The notes under the pieces: generated by a model
Told to the model about the DNA's origin: nothing
Databases searched by the model: none
What the model saw: the letters and a program-made list of their open reading frames with translations, nothing else
Made by a program: the position numbers and the translations under genes
Virus record (IMG/VR): IMGVR_UViG_2917881069_000006
Origin: a virus
Lineage: Duplodnaviria; Heunggongvirae; Uroviricota; Caudoviricetes
Length of the DNA stretch: 41,465 nucleotides
Strand: one strand, 5' to 3'
Part shown: positions 41,023 through 41,465 of the stretch, piece after piece
Layout of the letters: each line of letters opens with the position of its first letter
Position numbering within the stretch: position 1 is the first letter of the stretch

Positions 41023-41465
41023 AAAAGCTAGGGGATTTACCTGATGTCACTTTTGAAGAGGCCTGCCTAAGATGGCTTGAGGAAAAAGCTGATAAAAAAT
41101 CTCTCGATTCAGATAAAAGCCGGATTGAGTTCTGGCTTGAACATTTTGAGGGTATAAGGCTTAAAGATATCTCGGAGGCAAAGATTTACTCTGCTGTAAG
41201 CAGAATGCATAACAGAAAGACGAAAGAAATATGGAAACAGAAAGTTCAGGCCGCCATCAGGAAAGGTAAAGAACCGCCTGTTTATGAACCAAAGCCAGTA
41301 TCAACTCAGACAAAGGCAAAGCATCTTGCCATGATAAAGGCCATTCTCCGTGCTGCAGAACGCGACTGGAAGTGGCTGGAAAAAGCGCCTGTCATCAAGA
41401 TACCAGCGGTCAGAAACAAGCGAGTCAGATGGCTGGAAAAGGAGGAAGCAAAAACGCCTTATTGA
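40878..41465 (+). pseudogene. int: tyrosine integrase, N-terminal 195 codons only (reading frame ends in TGA at the window edge)
   Basis: [69 protein letters not shown]... is the N-terminal arm-binding/core-binding part of a lambdoid integrase (Rac IntR-like from memory); stop at 41463-41465; catalytic domain with R-K-H-R-H-Y residues not present. Confidence 0.7.

Overview
This 41.5 kb window is almost entirely one mosaic lambdoid prophage of the E. coli type, read here in reverse orientation. From high to low coordinates: a truncated tyrosine integrase with an Xis-like gene, a lambda-type gam-bet-exo recombination module with a phage Dam-like methyltransferase, a non-lambda immunity region (S24-peptidase CI-like repressor, Cro-like, CP76-type CII-like), replication genes O (iteron origin inside it), P and ren, an AT-rich cargo island carrying a large serine recombinase, a nin module (ybcN-like, ninE, ybcO-like, rusA), a Q antiterminator, a CspA-family cold-shock gene, a phage-21-type lysis cassette (pinholin S, SAR endolysin R, Rz/Rz1), cos, and a lambda-colinear head and tail set from Nu1 to J, then lom, stf and a second tail-fiber gene. 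No rRNA, tRNA, CRISPR array or IS element was recognised. The main observations are (1) the cargo island (29.1-32.7 kb) with the serine recombinase, a Bro-N-like gene, a membrane-anchored WYL-like protein and an ORF-free structured stretch; (2) at least six single-nucleotide frame breaks, mostly in homopolymer runs, affecting H, stf, the second tail-fiber gene and two island genes, so either a decaying cryptic prophage or assembly indel errors; (3) an integrase reading frame that stops after 195 codons at the window edge; and (4) several moron-like genes with their own terminators. All family assignments come from reading the translations and from remembered phage lambda, 21 and E. coli prophage proteins; no database search was run.
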